The notes: generated from the sequence alone by a model not told the origin. A stretch of DNA of 64,000 bases from Minisyncoccota bacterium (GCA_041657885.1 JBBABB010000001.1:198926-262925), one strand, 5' to 3'. Shown: positions 38,411-49,552, counted from the stretch's first letter. Program-made: numbers and translations.

Positions 38411-38936
38411 ATGGCAAGTACCAAAGAAATTAAAAAGAAAAATATCACACTATTTGAAGGAAATAAAGTCCGTCGTGTTTGGCATGAGGACAAGTGGTTT
38501 TTTGTTGTTGAAGATGTAGTTTTTGCCCTTATTGAATCAAAAAATATAAAGGATTATATTAATAAACTTAGACAACGAGATCCGGAATTAAGCAAAGGGT
38601 ATGGACAAATTGTCCATACCCTTGACGTGCAAACAAAAGGTGGTATTCAATCAATGAATTGTGCTGACCTAGAAGGTATTTTCCGTATTATACAATCAAT
38701 TCCATCGCCAAAAGCTGAACCATATGGGAGATATTGAGCTCATACTTACAATGCTTGCCGAAGCAACGACAACTAAACTTTCAGTAGACCGTGATTCAAA
38801 AGGTTTTAATAAATTAAAAAATGATGCAAAAGAAGGAGGGGAAATAGTTGGGGAAACACGCAAAAAGATAGAGAATCGTTCTGGTAAGAAAATTTCAACA
38901 AATAAGAATTTTTTGAATATTAAAAATAAAAAATGA
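38411..38936 (+). pseudogene. Bro-N domain / DinD-like (phage antirepressor-like) gene split by a frameshift (ORFs 38411-38737 and 38724-38936)
   Basis: N-terminal ITLFEGNKVRRVWHEDKWFFVVEDVVFAL is Bro-N-like; homology continues in another frame upstream of the second ORF (..RQKLNHMGDIELILTML..); starts with MASTKEIKK, duplicating the atpG start. Confidence 0.45.
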
Positions 38937-38966
38937 TTAAAATAATAAATATGTTAATATAAATTT

Positions 38967-39881
38967 ATGGCATCAACCAAAGAAATTAAAAGAAGAATAA
39001 AGTCGGTGAAGAGCACAAAGAAAATCACGAAAGCGATGGAGCTTGTTTCTGCGTCAAAAATGAAGCGTGCTATATCTAAAACTTTAGCCTCTCGTCTTTA
39101 TTCATCTTATTCTTGGGAACTTTTGACTTCTATTTCTAGACGATTAGAAGAAACAACAAATAAATTCTTCGTAGAAAATGCTAATAAAGAAAAATCTTTG
39201 ATCGTCCTTATCACTTCCAATCGCGGTCTTTGCGGAGGATACAATTCACAAGTGATAAAGAAAACCATTGCCAAAATAAAGGAAGAAGTTTCCCCTAGGC
39301 AAGGCCTAGGGGAAAAAGTGGATATTGTTACTGTCGGCAAAAAGGGCGACAGCGCAATGCGCAGAACAGGCCAAACAGTTGTCGCAACATTCACAGATAT
39401 GCCCGACAATATAACACTTCGAGATATTATTCCTCTTTCAACTTATCTTACAAATGAGTTTAAAGATGAGAAATATGGAAAAGTTTACATTGCATATACT
39501 GATTTCGTTTCTGCCTTAACCCAAAAGCCAAAAATTAGAAAAATTTTACCAGTATCTAAAGAGGAAGTTAGAGAATCAATAGAAGAATCCGCCTCCGCTC
39601 CAAGCTCCGGCGTGACGAAGGAAATCCCATACTTGTTTGAAGGGGATACAGAACAATTACTCGGAATGCTGGCAGAAAAATTGGTTCGAATGCAAATATA
39701 TCAGATGGTCCTCGAATCAAATGCCTCGGAACAATCTTCCCGTATGGTTGCAATGAAAAATGCGTCGGAAGCCGCCGGAGAAATGATAGATGACCTAACT
39801 CTCGTATTTAACAAAGCTCGCCAAGCAGGAATCACAAGAGAAATATCAGAAATTAGCGCGGGGATGGCAAGTGTGAATTGA
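38967..39881 (+). CDS. atpG: ATP synthase F1 subunit gamma
   Basis: MASTKEIKRRIKSVKSTKKITKAMELVSASKM N-terminus and conserved C-terminal helix. Confidence 0.9.
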   Translation: MASTKEIKRRIKSVKSTKKITKAMELVSASKMKRAISKTLASRLYSSYSWELLTSISRRLEETTNKFFVENANKEKSLIVLITSNRGLCGGYNSQVIKKTIAKIKEEVSPRQGLGEKVDIVTVGKKGDSAMRRTGQTVVATFTDMPDNITLRDIIPLSTYLTNEFKDEKYGKVYIAYTDFVSALTQKPKIRKILPVSKEEVRESIEESASAPSSGVTKEIPYLFEGDTEQLLGMLAEKLVRMQIYQMVLESNASEQSSRMVAMKNASEAAGEMIDDLTLVFNKARQAGITREISEISAGMASVN

Positions 39882-41378
<1,497 letters not shown>

Positions 41379-41383
41379 TTAAT

Positions 41384-41474
41384 TTCTCCCCTCCTTACCA
41401 AGGAGGGGAATGAGGGGAGGTTCTTAATTAATTAGGAACCCCTCCCCAGCCCTCCCCTTGGTAAGGGGAGGGGG
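41384..41474. repeat. G+C-rich triple-hairpin element (copy B) between atpD and atpC
   Basis: differs from copy A at only a few positions. Confidence 0.65.
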
Positions 41475-41487
41475 AAATAAAAAACAT

Positions 41488-41931
41488 ATGTCAAAAAAAT
41501 TACAATTAAAAATAGTCACACCTGAAAAACTAATTCTAGAAGAATTAGTTGATTCAGTTACAATCCCTACTACAGAAGGGGAGATTACAATCTTGCCTGA
41601 CCATATTCCTCTTATCGCATCACTTGCATCTGGAGATATTGTCGCTATTACAGATGGAGAGTATGTGCCTATGGCTGTCGTCGACGGATTTGTGGAAACA
41701 AAAAAAGAAAATGATTTAACTGTCGTGACAATTCTCGCTGATTTTGCTGAACATATTGCACTAATCACCGAAGCTGAAATTGAAAAAGCAAAAGCAAAAG
41801 CTGAAGAACTTAAGAAGAAAGCTGAGAATAATGAAATCGTTGACTTTGAGCACTTTGAATCAGAACTTGAACGTTCATTAACTAGAGTCAAAATAGCGGA
41901 TAAATGGAGAACTAAGAAATACAGAAAATAA
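41488..41931 (+). CDS. atpC: ATP synthase F1 subunit epsilon (ORF track starts at 41458, inside the repeat)
   Basis: MSKKLQLKIVTPEKLI beta-sandwich N-domain plus helical C-terminus; a GGAGGG lies 13 nt upstream. Confidence 0.85.
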   Translation: MSKKLQLKIVTPEKLILEELVDSVTIPTTEGEITILPDHIPLIASLASGDIVAITDGEYVPMAVVDGFVETKKENDLTVVTILADFAEHIALITEAEIEKAKAKAEELKKKAENNEIVDFEHFESELERSLTRVKIADKWRTKKYRK

Positions 41932-42079
41932 CCATCTAGTATACCAAAAGCACTAAAATAGCCCTATAATAAGGGCTATTTTAGTGCTACATCCCCACAC
42001 AAATATTAATATTGGTGTGGGGATTGACAAAATGAGTGTTTATGTGATATAATATAATCAAATCAATAAACAATCAGTC

Positions 42080-42319
42080 ATGAAAAAAATTGAATTCTTT
42101 TTAGACGAGAGAACCGAAACTATGTCACAAAAATTGTTCAAATTATGGAAATATTTGAACATTGCATACATTGCATATTGGTTAATGTTTGTCCTCGGAA
42201 AAGGGGACAAATGGTACGCATTTAATGTGAACCACCCAGTTATATTGGTAATCGGAATTTCGTTCATAGCTACATTTGCAGTAATTGTGATTTGGAGGAA
42301 GAAATTCCAGAAAAAATAG
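42080..42319 (+). CDS. hypothetical membrane protein
   Basis: two TM helices. Confidence 0.35.
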   Translation: MKKIEFFLDERTETMSQKLFKLWKYLNIAYIAYWLMFVLGKGDKWYAFNVNHPVILVIGISFIATFAVIVIWRKKFQKK

Positions 42320-42427
42320 CATTAGCCCCTGTACTTCGTGTACAGGGAGCTCTTTGTTTTTAATCCACGCATCTAACTTCAAATTAATTTTTATGTTATA
42401 CTTTAAGAAATCAAAAATCAGTTCAAA

Positions 42428-42631
42428 ATGAGAAAAATTACATTAATTCTTGTAATCTCTTTTGGTCTCGCCATCGCTGCTTTCACAGATACTATTGAAA
42501 AAGCATTTGACAAGAAATGGGAGTGGGCTATTCTTGCCTTCGTAATACTGGCAATATTCATCCCAATTATTGCTGTATATTTACGGAAACTAAAAAACTG
42601 CGACGAGAAAGACAAAAAGAATAAACATTAA
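42428..42631 (+). CDS. hypothetical membrane protein
   Basis: two TM helices; hairpin terminator follows. Confidence 0.35.
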   Translation: MRKITLILVISFGLAIAAFTDTIEKAFDKKWEWAILAFVILAIFIPIIAVYLRKLKNCDEKDKKNKH

Positions 42632-42707
42632 CCCCCAGAGACTAATCTCGGGGTTTTTTGTTTATAAATTTATAAATTTAAAGGGCAACCGAAGTTGCCC
42701 TGATTTA

Positions 42708-42983
42708 TCACTTTAAAAATTCTTTCGAAAACAACTTAAGCAACTCCTCTCTTGGAGTTGAATCAAGCTCCGCTATTTCTTTTGGATATTCTATACGCTT
42801 GTCATAAAATATGGAAAAATTATTAGCAATCTGGGGATAATTTCCAGAAATAAATTCAAATGTTTTTTCCTTATTTCCAATTGACAAAGTAATTCTTTTC
42901 CCATCGGCCTGGAAAAAATAGACATAAAAAGTAGCAGAACCATCTAGACCTTTGTTGTCTATTATTATCCCTGTCATTTTCAT
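42708..42983 (-). CDS. hypothetical protein
   Basis: ORF followed by hairpin GGGCAAC-cgaa-GTTGCCC. Confidence 0.35.
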   Translation of the reverse strand: MKMTGIIIDNKGLDGSATFYVYFFQADGKRITLSIGNKEKTFEFISGNYPQIANNFSIFYDKRIEYPKEIAELDSTPREELLKLFSKEFLK

Positions 42984-43079
42984 TTTATTAATTTGTTTAT
43001 ACTAGAACTATCTAACTCAAACTTATTATATTCCTTCTGTGTAAAATAACAATGAAGAAATTTTTGATATAATGTAAAA

Positions 43080-43856
43080 GTGAATAAGAACCCTAAGGCA
43101 AAACTAAATGATCTATTAAAAGATTTAAAACAAAAAGAAAACAAAGAGAAAGCGAAAATTTTGGCTGGGTTTTTCAAAACAGGCCCTGGTCAATATGGTG
43201 AAGGGGATTTATTTCTGGGGATAACTGTCCCCGAATCTCGCAAACTCGCTTTGAGGTATTCAGAGCTTCCACTTTCAGATATATCCAAACTTATCAAAAA
43301 CAAATACCACGAAGCCCGACTCGTCGCCCTCCTAATCCTCGTCCATAAATACAAAGTTGCCTCTACTTTGCATAGGTCTGACCTATGCAAAACTATTGCT
43401 GATTTTTATTTGAAACACACTAAATATATTAACAATTGGGATTTAGTAGACCTTTCAGCTCATTATATTGTTGGGGATTATTTATACTCCCACCACCTCG
43501 CCCAACGGGCACTCCTCCTCAGGCAGGAGGAGACTAAATACAGGACGGTCCTATATGGTTTGGCAAAATCGAAGAACCTTTGGGAACGCCGAATCGCTAT
43601 TATTTCTACATTTGCATTTATATACAAAGGGGAACCAGAGTGGACTTTCCACTTAGTCAAAATGCTCTTAAATGACTCACATGACCTTATCCATAAGACC
43701 TGCGGTTGGATGCTTCGCGAAGTAGGGAAACGTGTGTCAGAAAAAGAATTGACAACTTTCCTAGATATCCACAATACTCAAATGCCTCGCACAATGCTCC
43801 GCTATGCTATTGAACGACTCCCCAAAAATAAAAGGTTTTATTATCTAAATAAATAA
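43080..43856 (+). CDS. DNA alkylation repair protein (AlkD-like HEAT-repeat glycosylase family)
   Basis: ...WDLVDLSAHYIVGDY...KTCGWMLREVGKR... matches the DNA_alkylation family pattern. Confidence 0.75.
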   Translation: MNKNPKAKLNDLLKDLKQKENKEKAKILAGFFKTGPGQYGEGDLFLGITVPESRKLALRYSELPLSDISKLIKNKYHEARLVALLILVHKYKVASTLHRSDLCKTIADFYLKHTKYINNWDLVDLSAHYIVGDYLYSHHLAQRALLLRQEETKYRTVLYGLAKSKNLWERRIAIISTFAFIYKGEPEWTFHLVKMLLNDSHDLIHKTCGWMLREVGKRVSEKELTTFLDIHNTQMPRTMLRYAIERLPKNKRFYYLNK

Positions 43857-44172
43857 TACATTATAAAGGACATTACTACATAATAATGTCCTTTATAACT
43901 ATTTGTCCTTTATAAACTCTTATTAACTTCTTACGGGATTGTCCTGTAAAACTTGCTAAAAATAAAAAAATGTTTTCTAGTGTTTTTAATAAAAAGTTCA
44001 CAAATAAAAATCTTTGATACTTGACATAAATCAAATTATAATGCATTTTGGGATAAATCTTGACATAAACTACATTCGGTATAATCTGGGGGTATATGTG
44101 TTCTTGTTTTTAGACTTCCTTTTATTAATAATAAATCCTCCTAAATTCAATTAAGGCGGATAAGTAAAATAT

Positions 44173-45087
44173 ATGATTACCCAAATGAGAACTTTGAATC
44201 TCAAATTTATTGGGACGATATTATTCGTTATAACCTTTCTAATTGGCGGTTTTTTTGTCAAAACTACAAATGCGGAGGTCGTAGATACAGCACGATCTTT
44301 CAATGTTTCTTATTCATTATCCCCAGTAACTAGCTTTCCTAATAACGATGGCGGATTAACTACAACGGTACTTATTGGATGTGTCCCTCAGTCCGGAGAC
44401 ATATATGATATCAATACAGGAAAGCCTTGTGTGTATATTACTAAAACAGTACTTATTGGATGTGCAGTCGGATCTGGAGATTTATACGATATAAACACTG
44501 GAAAACGTTGCACTAATGAAACAATACCTGTACGAATCGCATGCGCAGTTGGGTCTGGAGATTTGTTTGATATAAACACTGGAAAACATTGTATTAACGA
44601 TACTTCCATAGTGATAAATAAAAATATATCAGCCAAAACTGTTGCGAAAACAATACCAAATATAACTACTACCACTAAAACTGTAGTGACAGAAAAAGCT
44701 TCAGAACTAGTTACAATACCAAATGATTTAATAGAAACATTACCTACAGAAGATACTAAAAAGCAACTTTCAGGTAGAAAAATGATTGGAAATAGTTTGG
44801 ATGCAAGTGTAAAAAAAGTCGGCTCTATATTTACTGGCCCTATGTCTATTTGGATAATCTTATTAATTATCTTAATTCTTCTAGGAGGGGGATATGGAAT
44901 TTATAGTTTTACAAAGAAAAATAAAAAAGTAGAAGTAAAAAAGATTATTACAGAGCCGATTATTCAACATAAGCCTATCACACCAGTTACTCCAGCAATT
45001 ACCTCCGAGCCGAAAACTACCAATCCTCAAATACCTCTAAACATCCCCAACAATCCTAATCCACAAGGACCAATTATTACAAAATAA
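44173..45087 (+). CDS. surface protein paralog 1: signal peptide, four Cys-pair repeats, Thr-rich linker, C-terminal TM
   Basis: repeats VLIGCxVGSGDLYDINTGKxC; C-terminal module SIFTGPMSIW-TM-GGGYGIYS-KKNKK. Confidence 0.6.
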   Translation: MITQMRTLNLKFIGTILFVITFLIGGFFVKTTNAEVVDTARSFNVSYSLSPVTSFPNNDGGLTTTVLIGCVPQSGDIYDINTGKPCVYITKTVLIGCAVGSGDLYDINTGKRCTNETIPVRIACAVGSGDLFDINTGKHCINDTSIVINKNISAKTVAKTIPNITTTTKTVVTEKASELVTIPNDLIETLPTEDTKKQLSGRKMIGNSLDASVKKVGSIFTGPMSIWIILLIILILLGGGYGIYSFTKKNKKVEVKKIITEPIIQHKPITPVTPAITSEPKTTNPQIPLNIPNNPNPQGPIITK

Positions 45088-45112
45088 ATAAGTTTTTACT
45101 CTTTGAAATAAA

Positions 45113-45155
45113 AATGATACAAATTCTGCACCTGCAGAATTTGTATCATTTTTAG
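45113..45155 (+). terminator. rho-independent terminator (18-bp perfect stem)
   Basis: AATGATACAAATTCTGCA-cc-TGCAGAATTTGTATCATT followed by TTT. Confidence 0.7.
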
Positions 45156-45322
45156 GTTTAAAATTTTTATCCACATTTTTTGTTGAAATAATATTAATTA
45201 AATGTAATAATAAAAATGTGTAAATTAAATTGTTTTTGTTTTTGGTCATTTTTATTAATTATTAAAAATATAAGCTAGCTAAAACTTGTTACAACAATGT
45301 CTTAACTAGCAAAATTAAATAT

Positions 45323-47737
45323 ATGTTTACTCAAATGAGAAATCTAAATCTCAAGTTTGTTTCTTCGGTCGTATTCGCCATTACTTTTCTAGTCGGCGGA
45401 TTTTTTGTAATCAATAATGCAAAGGCAGCAACTATAACCCTATATCCTAACGGAATTGGTAATTTTGATGATTGGACATTGGGGACATCGTCATCTGTTA
45501 CGAAATTTAACGCTGTTGGAAGTAGTGATACTAATGACAATTCATATATTAAAGAGACTACTGATGATCAAGCTCAAACCTTTATTATACCAGGATCAAG
45601 TTTATCTGTTGGATCGACGATTAATTCAGTAACTCTAAATGTAATTGCTCGTAAATCAGAAGGAATTGCAAATATAAAACTGAGATTAGAAAACGGAAGT
45701 TTAAGCACAAATGATGGACCAACTAATGAACTCATAGATACATATATAACATATAGTCGTATCCTAACAACAAACCCCTTTACTAATCTGGCTTGGACAT
45801 TATCAGAAGTAAATTCTTGGACAACTAATTTTGGTGTTTTATATTCTGATATTGGCACAAATAATGGTGGTAGAGTTACTCAAATTTCAGTTGTTGTTGA
45901 CTACACTAATGAAATAACACTTTCTAGTATCGCAATTACCACTCCAGCCACTAAACTTTCTTACACAGTTGGGGATTCATTAGATATTTCAGGATTAGTG
46001 GTTACTGGAACTTACAGCGATGATTCTACTTCAGTCGTAACACCTGATAGTGTAACTGGCTTTAACAGCTCAGCCCCTGTTACTGATCAGGTTTTGATTG
46101 TTACAGTTAATAATAAGACAATAACTTATACAGTGACTGTAACTTCTGCATCTGATGGAGTAGCAACAGCATTCAATAATATTTCAACAACTCTAACATC
46201 GGCTGGTATTGCAAATAATCTAAATACAGTTACAGGTTCAAATTATACAAATTTCTCGGGTTTGTATTTTGAAAAATCAATTGATGGAGTGAAAATGGGG
46301 AAGATAACATTTACTTCTGCGTTAGATTTATCAAAGGATGCAACAAAAACTTTCTTACAAAACTTGGGCACTAAAATGGATATGGCCCAAGCTGGAATTA
46401 TAGGTCTTGATTTTTCAGATAATACTCCAGATATTTTAACAGATGATCCATCTCTTAAAGGTGTAAGCGCAACAATTGAATTTTACGGGCTTGATAAACT
46501 TGGTTTTGATGCATCTTCTACCTCGGATGAAATCAATGCAAAATTAATTGCTTATGATGATGATGAAAATATATTAAATATGTCAGATCTTGTTGATACC
46601 CCGGGAATATACACTCCTCCCGTTGGTGTTTGCGAAGTTGGCGGAGTATGTTATGTCTTTTCCGTTGATGTTAATCACTTTACTAAATATAAAATTGATA
46701 ATGCTACGGAAACCACTCCCAATATTAATGGTAACGCTAATCTAGGGGGAAACACTACGGGGGTTGTTATTACCAATCCTGATCAAGCGGTTACTGTTAC
46801 CGTTGGAAGTGGCACAACTAATCCAACAATCGATGTTAGTGCATTCATTAGTCTTGTGGAAGGAGAAAAGACGGGAACATTGCCGGAAATTAACATAGCT
46901 TCTGATGTAGCAGATGTTGCTATTCCCGATAATACGATTGTGACCGGTCCGGCTGATTGGAACGGAGTTATTGATGCCCCAACATCAGGCACACCAGCAG
47001 GGGGAAATGCACCAGCTGGATTTAATGTTGGCGATACTGTCATTTCAATTGGTTCTGACAGTGGGACATTAGTCTTTGATAAACCCGTAACAATATTACT
47101 TGCAGGAGTTACAGGCACTGTTGGTTATAGACCAGCTCTATCAAATACTTGGCAAACAATAACTAACGTATGCGGTGGAAGTTATAATACACCCACTGCG
47201 CCAACAGCACCTGGTGAATGTGCTATCAGTAATGGCACTGACACTAAAATTGTTACCTATCACTTCACAAGTTTTGGGGGACTCGATGCCGTTTCTCATT
47301 CCAATAATAATGGTAGCAGACCAGCAACCCTAGCCGTTTCTGCAATTACAACTGTGGGATGCAATCCTAAATCTGGTGATTTATATAATGTAAACACAGG
47401 AGAGCGTTGTGCTAATGATACTTCTTTTATTAATCCTATACCCACCACAAATGTTAATGTAATAAATAAGGTATCAGTCAAAACTACTCCCAAACCCAAA
47501 CCTACACCTAAACCAAAAGAATTAGTGGTAGAGCCAATACAATCAGTAAATGAATTAATAGAGACGTCAGTTGAACAAGAAACTCCTGAAAATAATCTCA
47601 CTGCAAGTGTAGGAAGAGTAAGTTCATTAATAACTGGACCTATTTCTATCTGGACAATCTTATTAATTATTGTAATTCTTTTAAGTGGAGGATATGGAAT
47701 TTATAGTTTAAAGAAAAATAAAAAACAAAAAAAATAA
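45323..47737 (+). CDS. surface protein paralog 2 (804 aa): same N-terminal leader, Ig-like Thr-rich repeats, one Cys repeat, PKPKPTPKPK linker, C-terminal TM
   Basis: MFTQMRNLNLKFV leader compared with MITQMRTLNLKFI; C-terminus SLITGPISIW-TM-SGGYGIYSLKKNKKQKK. Confidence 0.65.
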   Translation: MFTQMRNLNLKFVSSVVFAITFLVGGFFVINNAKAATITLYPNGIGNFDDWTLGTSSSVTKFNAVGSSDTNDNSYIKETTDDQAQTFIIPGSSLSVGSTINSVTLNVIARKSEGIANIKLRLENGSLSTNDGPTNELIDTYITYSRILTTNPFTNLAWTLSEVNSWTTNFGVLYSDIGTNNGGRVTQISVVVDYTNEITLSSIAITTPATKLSYTVGDSLDISGLVVTGTYSDDSTSVVTPDSVTGFNSSAPVTDQVLIVTVNNKTITYTVTVTSASDGVATAFNNISTTLTSAGIANNLNTVTGSNYTNFSGLYFEKSIDGVKMGKITFTSALDLSKDATKTFLQNLGTKMDMAQAGIIGLDFSDNTPDILTDDPSLKGVSATIEFYGLDKLGFDASSTSDEINAKLIAYDDDENILNMSDLVDTPGIYTPPVGVCEVGGVCYVFSVDVNHFTKYKIDNATETTPNINGNANLGGNTTGVVITNPDQAVTVTVGSGTTNPTIDVSAFISLVEGEKTGTLPEINIASDVADVAIPDNTIVTGPADWNGVIDAPTSGTPAGGNAPAGFNVGDTVISIGSDSGTLVFDKPVTILLAGVTGTVGYRPALSNTWQTITNVCGGSYNTPTAPTAPGECAISNGTDTKIVTYHFTSFGGLDAVSHSNNNGSRPATLAVSAITTVGCNPKSGDLYNVNTGERCANDTSFINPIPTTNVNVINKVSVKTTPKPKPTPKPKELVVEPIQSVNELIETSVEQETPENNLTASVGRVSSLITGPISIWTILLIIVILLSGGYGIYSLKKNKKQKK

Positions 47738-47780
47738 AATAATTAAAGATTTTTTGAGATAAAAATGTTAGAATCTTAGA

Positions 47781-49526
47781 ATGACCCAAGAGCAGGCCTT
47801 TTTAATAATGAAAACTGGAGTGAATATTTATCTGACTGGAAGTGCAGGTAGTGGTAAAACATTTCTCTTGAATAAATATATTGTGTATTTGGAAGACCAT
47901 AATATTCCCGTGGCAGTTACTGCTTCAACGGGTATCGCTGCGACTCATATGAACGGCATGACTATCCACTCGTGGTCAGGAATCGGAATAAGAAACTTTC
48001 TGGATGAAAAAGGGTTCCAACAATTGGAAGAAAAGAAATACCTTTGGAAACGTTTTGAAAAAGCGCGCGTTTTAATAATAGATGAGGTTTCAATGCTTCA
48101 TGCTAGTCAGCTGGATATGGTTGAAAAAGTTTGCCGAAGATTCAAAAGAAATGATAAGTCATTCGGAGGATTGCAAGTAATACTTTCTGGCGACTTTTTC
48201 CAATTGCCACCAATAAACAAAGTAGGGAATGAACCCGCCTCCGACGGAAGCTACGGCCCGCTTCGCCAAAGCTCCAGCGAGGCGAGCGAGGCAAAGAATG
48301 AAAATGGTATGGTTTTTAATAGCAAGGCTTGGCAAATATTAAATCCGGCAATTTGTTATATAGAAGAACAGCACCGCCAAAAAGACGACGTTTTGACAGA
48401 AATTTTGAATACAATCCGCACTAATAGTACCGAAGAAAGACACTATGAACTTTTGAGAAGTCGTATTGGGGCTAAATTAAAAAATGAAGTAAAAGCGACT
48501 AAACTATATACTCACAATATCAATGTTGACGATATAAACAACATTGAACTTTCACAAATCAAAAACGAAGAAAAAATTTCCCATATGACTTCATCAGGTC
48601 CTTTACCACTTGTAGAACTACTTAAAAAAAGCTGTCTTGCTCATGAAAAATTGAAATTAAAAGTAGGGGCCGAAATAATGTGCATCAAAAATAATTTTGA
48701 GGAAGGGTACGTGAACGGTTCGCGTGGTAAGGTTATAGGTTTTATAGAAGAAAATGGAAACCCAATTATAGAACTTTATAATGGTAAGAAAATAAGTTTA
48801 AAACCAGAATTGTGGGCAATTGAAGAAGATGGGAAGATTAAGGCTTCAGTGTCTCAGATACCACTTCGTCTTGCTTGGGCTATCACAATACACAAAAGCC
48901 AAGGGATGTCACTTGATAACGCCGAAATAGACCTCTCTAAAACTTTCACTTATGGTATGGGTTATGTTGCGCTTTCAAGAGTACGAACGCTTGAGGGAAT
49001 AAGCCTAGTTGGATTTAATGCCGATGCACTTCAGGTGGACCCGAAAGTTTTGGAACAAGACCTTGATTTGAAAAATCAAAGTTTCCATAATGAACTCTTG
49101 TTTAAGAAATTGAAAAAAGACGAGCAAGAAAAATTGGAAGTTGATTTTATCAATCGTATGGGGGGCAACCTTCACGGAAGTAGTAACAAAATAAAAAGAG
49201 GGAATATTAAAAATACAAAAATTCCAACAATTTTAATTACAAAAGAATTATTGGATAGAGGGATGAATATAAAAGAGATAGCTAAAGAAAGAAATTTAGT
49301 AGAAGGCACAATAATCAGCCACACAGAAGATATTATAAAAAAATATCCTGAAACAATTATTACACATATCAGACCATCACAAAAAAATATAGACCTAGTT
49401 AAAAAAGCCAATAACAAATTAAAAGGGGATGCTAAAGGAAAATTAAGTCCAATCAAAACGATTTTAGAAAGAGAAGGTCATAATATAACATTTGAAGAAA
49501 TACGAATAGCGAGGTTGTTTATTTAA
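47781..49526 (+). CDS. PIF1/RecD-like SF1B DNA helicase with C-terminal HTH domains
   Basis: Walker A GSAGSGKTF, IIDEVSM, ITIHKSQG motifs; G+C-rich in-frame segment at 48231-48293. Confidence 0.85.
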   Translation: MTQEQAFLIMKTGVNIYLTGSAGSGKTFLLNKYIVYLEDHNIPVAVTASTGIAATHMNGMTIHSWSGIGIRNFLDEKGFQQLEEKKYLWKRFEKARVLIIDEVSMLHASQLDMVEKVCRRFKRNDKSFGGLQVILSGDFFQLPPINKVGNEPASDGSYGPLRQSSSEASEAKNENGMVFNSKAWQILNPAICYIEEQHRQKDDVLTEILNTIRTNSTEERHYELLRSRIGAKLKNEVKATKLYTHNINVDDINNIELSQIKNEEKISHMTSSGPLPLVELLKKSCLAHEKLKLKVGAEIMCIKNNFEEGYVNGSRGKVIGFIEENGNPIIELYNGKKISLKPELWAIEEDGKIKASVSQIPLRLAWAITIHKSQGMSLDNAEIDLSKTFTYGMGYVALSRVRTLEGISLVGFNADALQVDPKVLEQDLDLKNQSFHNELLFKKLKKDEQEKLEVDFINRMGGNLHGSSNKIKRGNIKNTKIPTILITKELLDRGMNIKEIAKERNLVEGTIISHTEDIIKKYPETIITHIRPSQKNIDLVKKANNKLKGDAKGKLSPIKTILEREGHNITFEEIRIARLFI

Positions 49527-49552
49527 ATAATAATATAGAATAAATATAATAG

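Noticed and set aside
38173-38966. Intact prophage at the atp-operon insertion
   Set aside because: The insert is only about 800 nt. It contains a Bro-N-like gene fragment and a tiny membrane protein but no integrase, terminase or structural genes, so it is better described as a small cargo insertion or scar.
44173-47737. CRISPR array or other direct-repeat array in the repeat-rich surface-protein region
   Set aside because: The repeats are in-frame peptide repeats (about 33 aa Cys-pair units and Thr-rich Ig-like segments) inside long ORFs. There is no regular repeat-spacer structure, and no cas genes are present.
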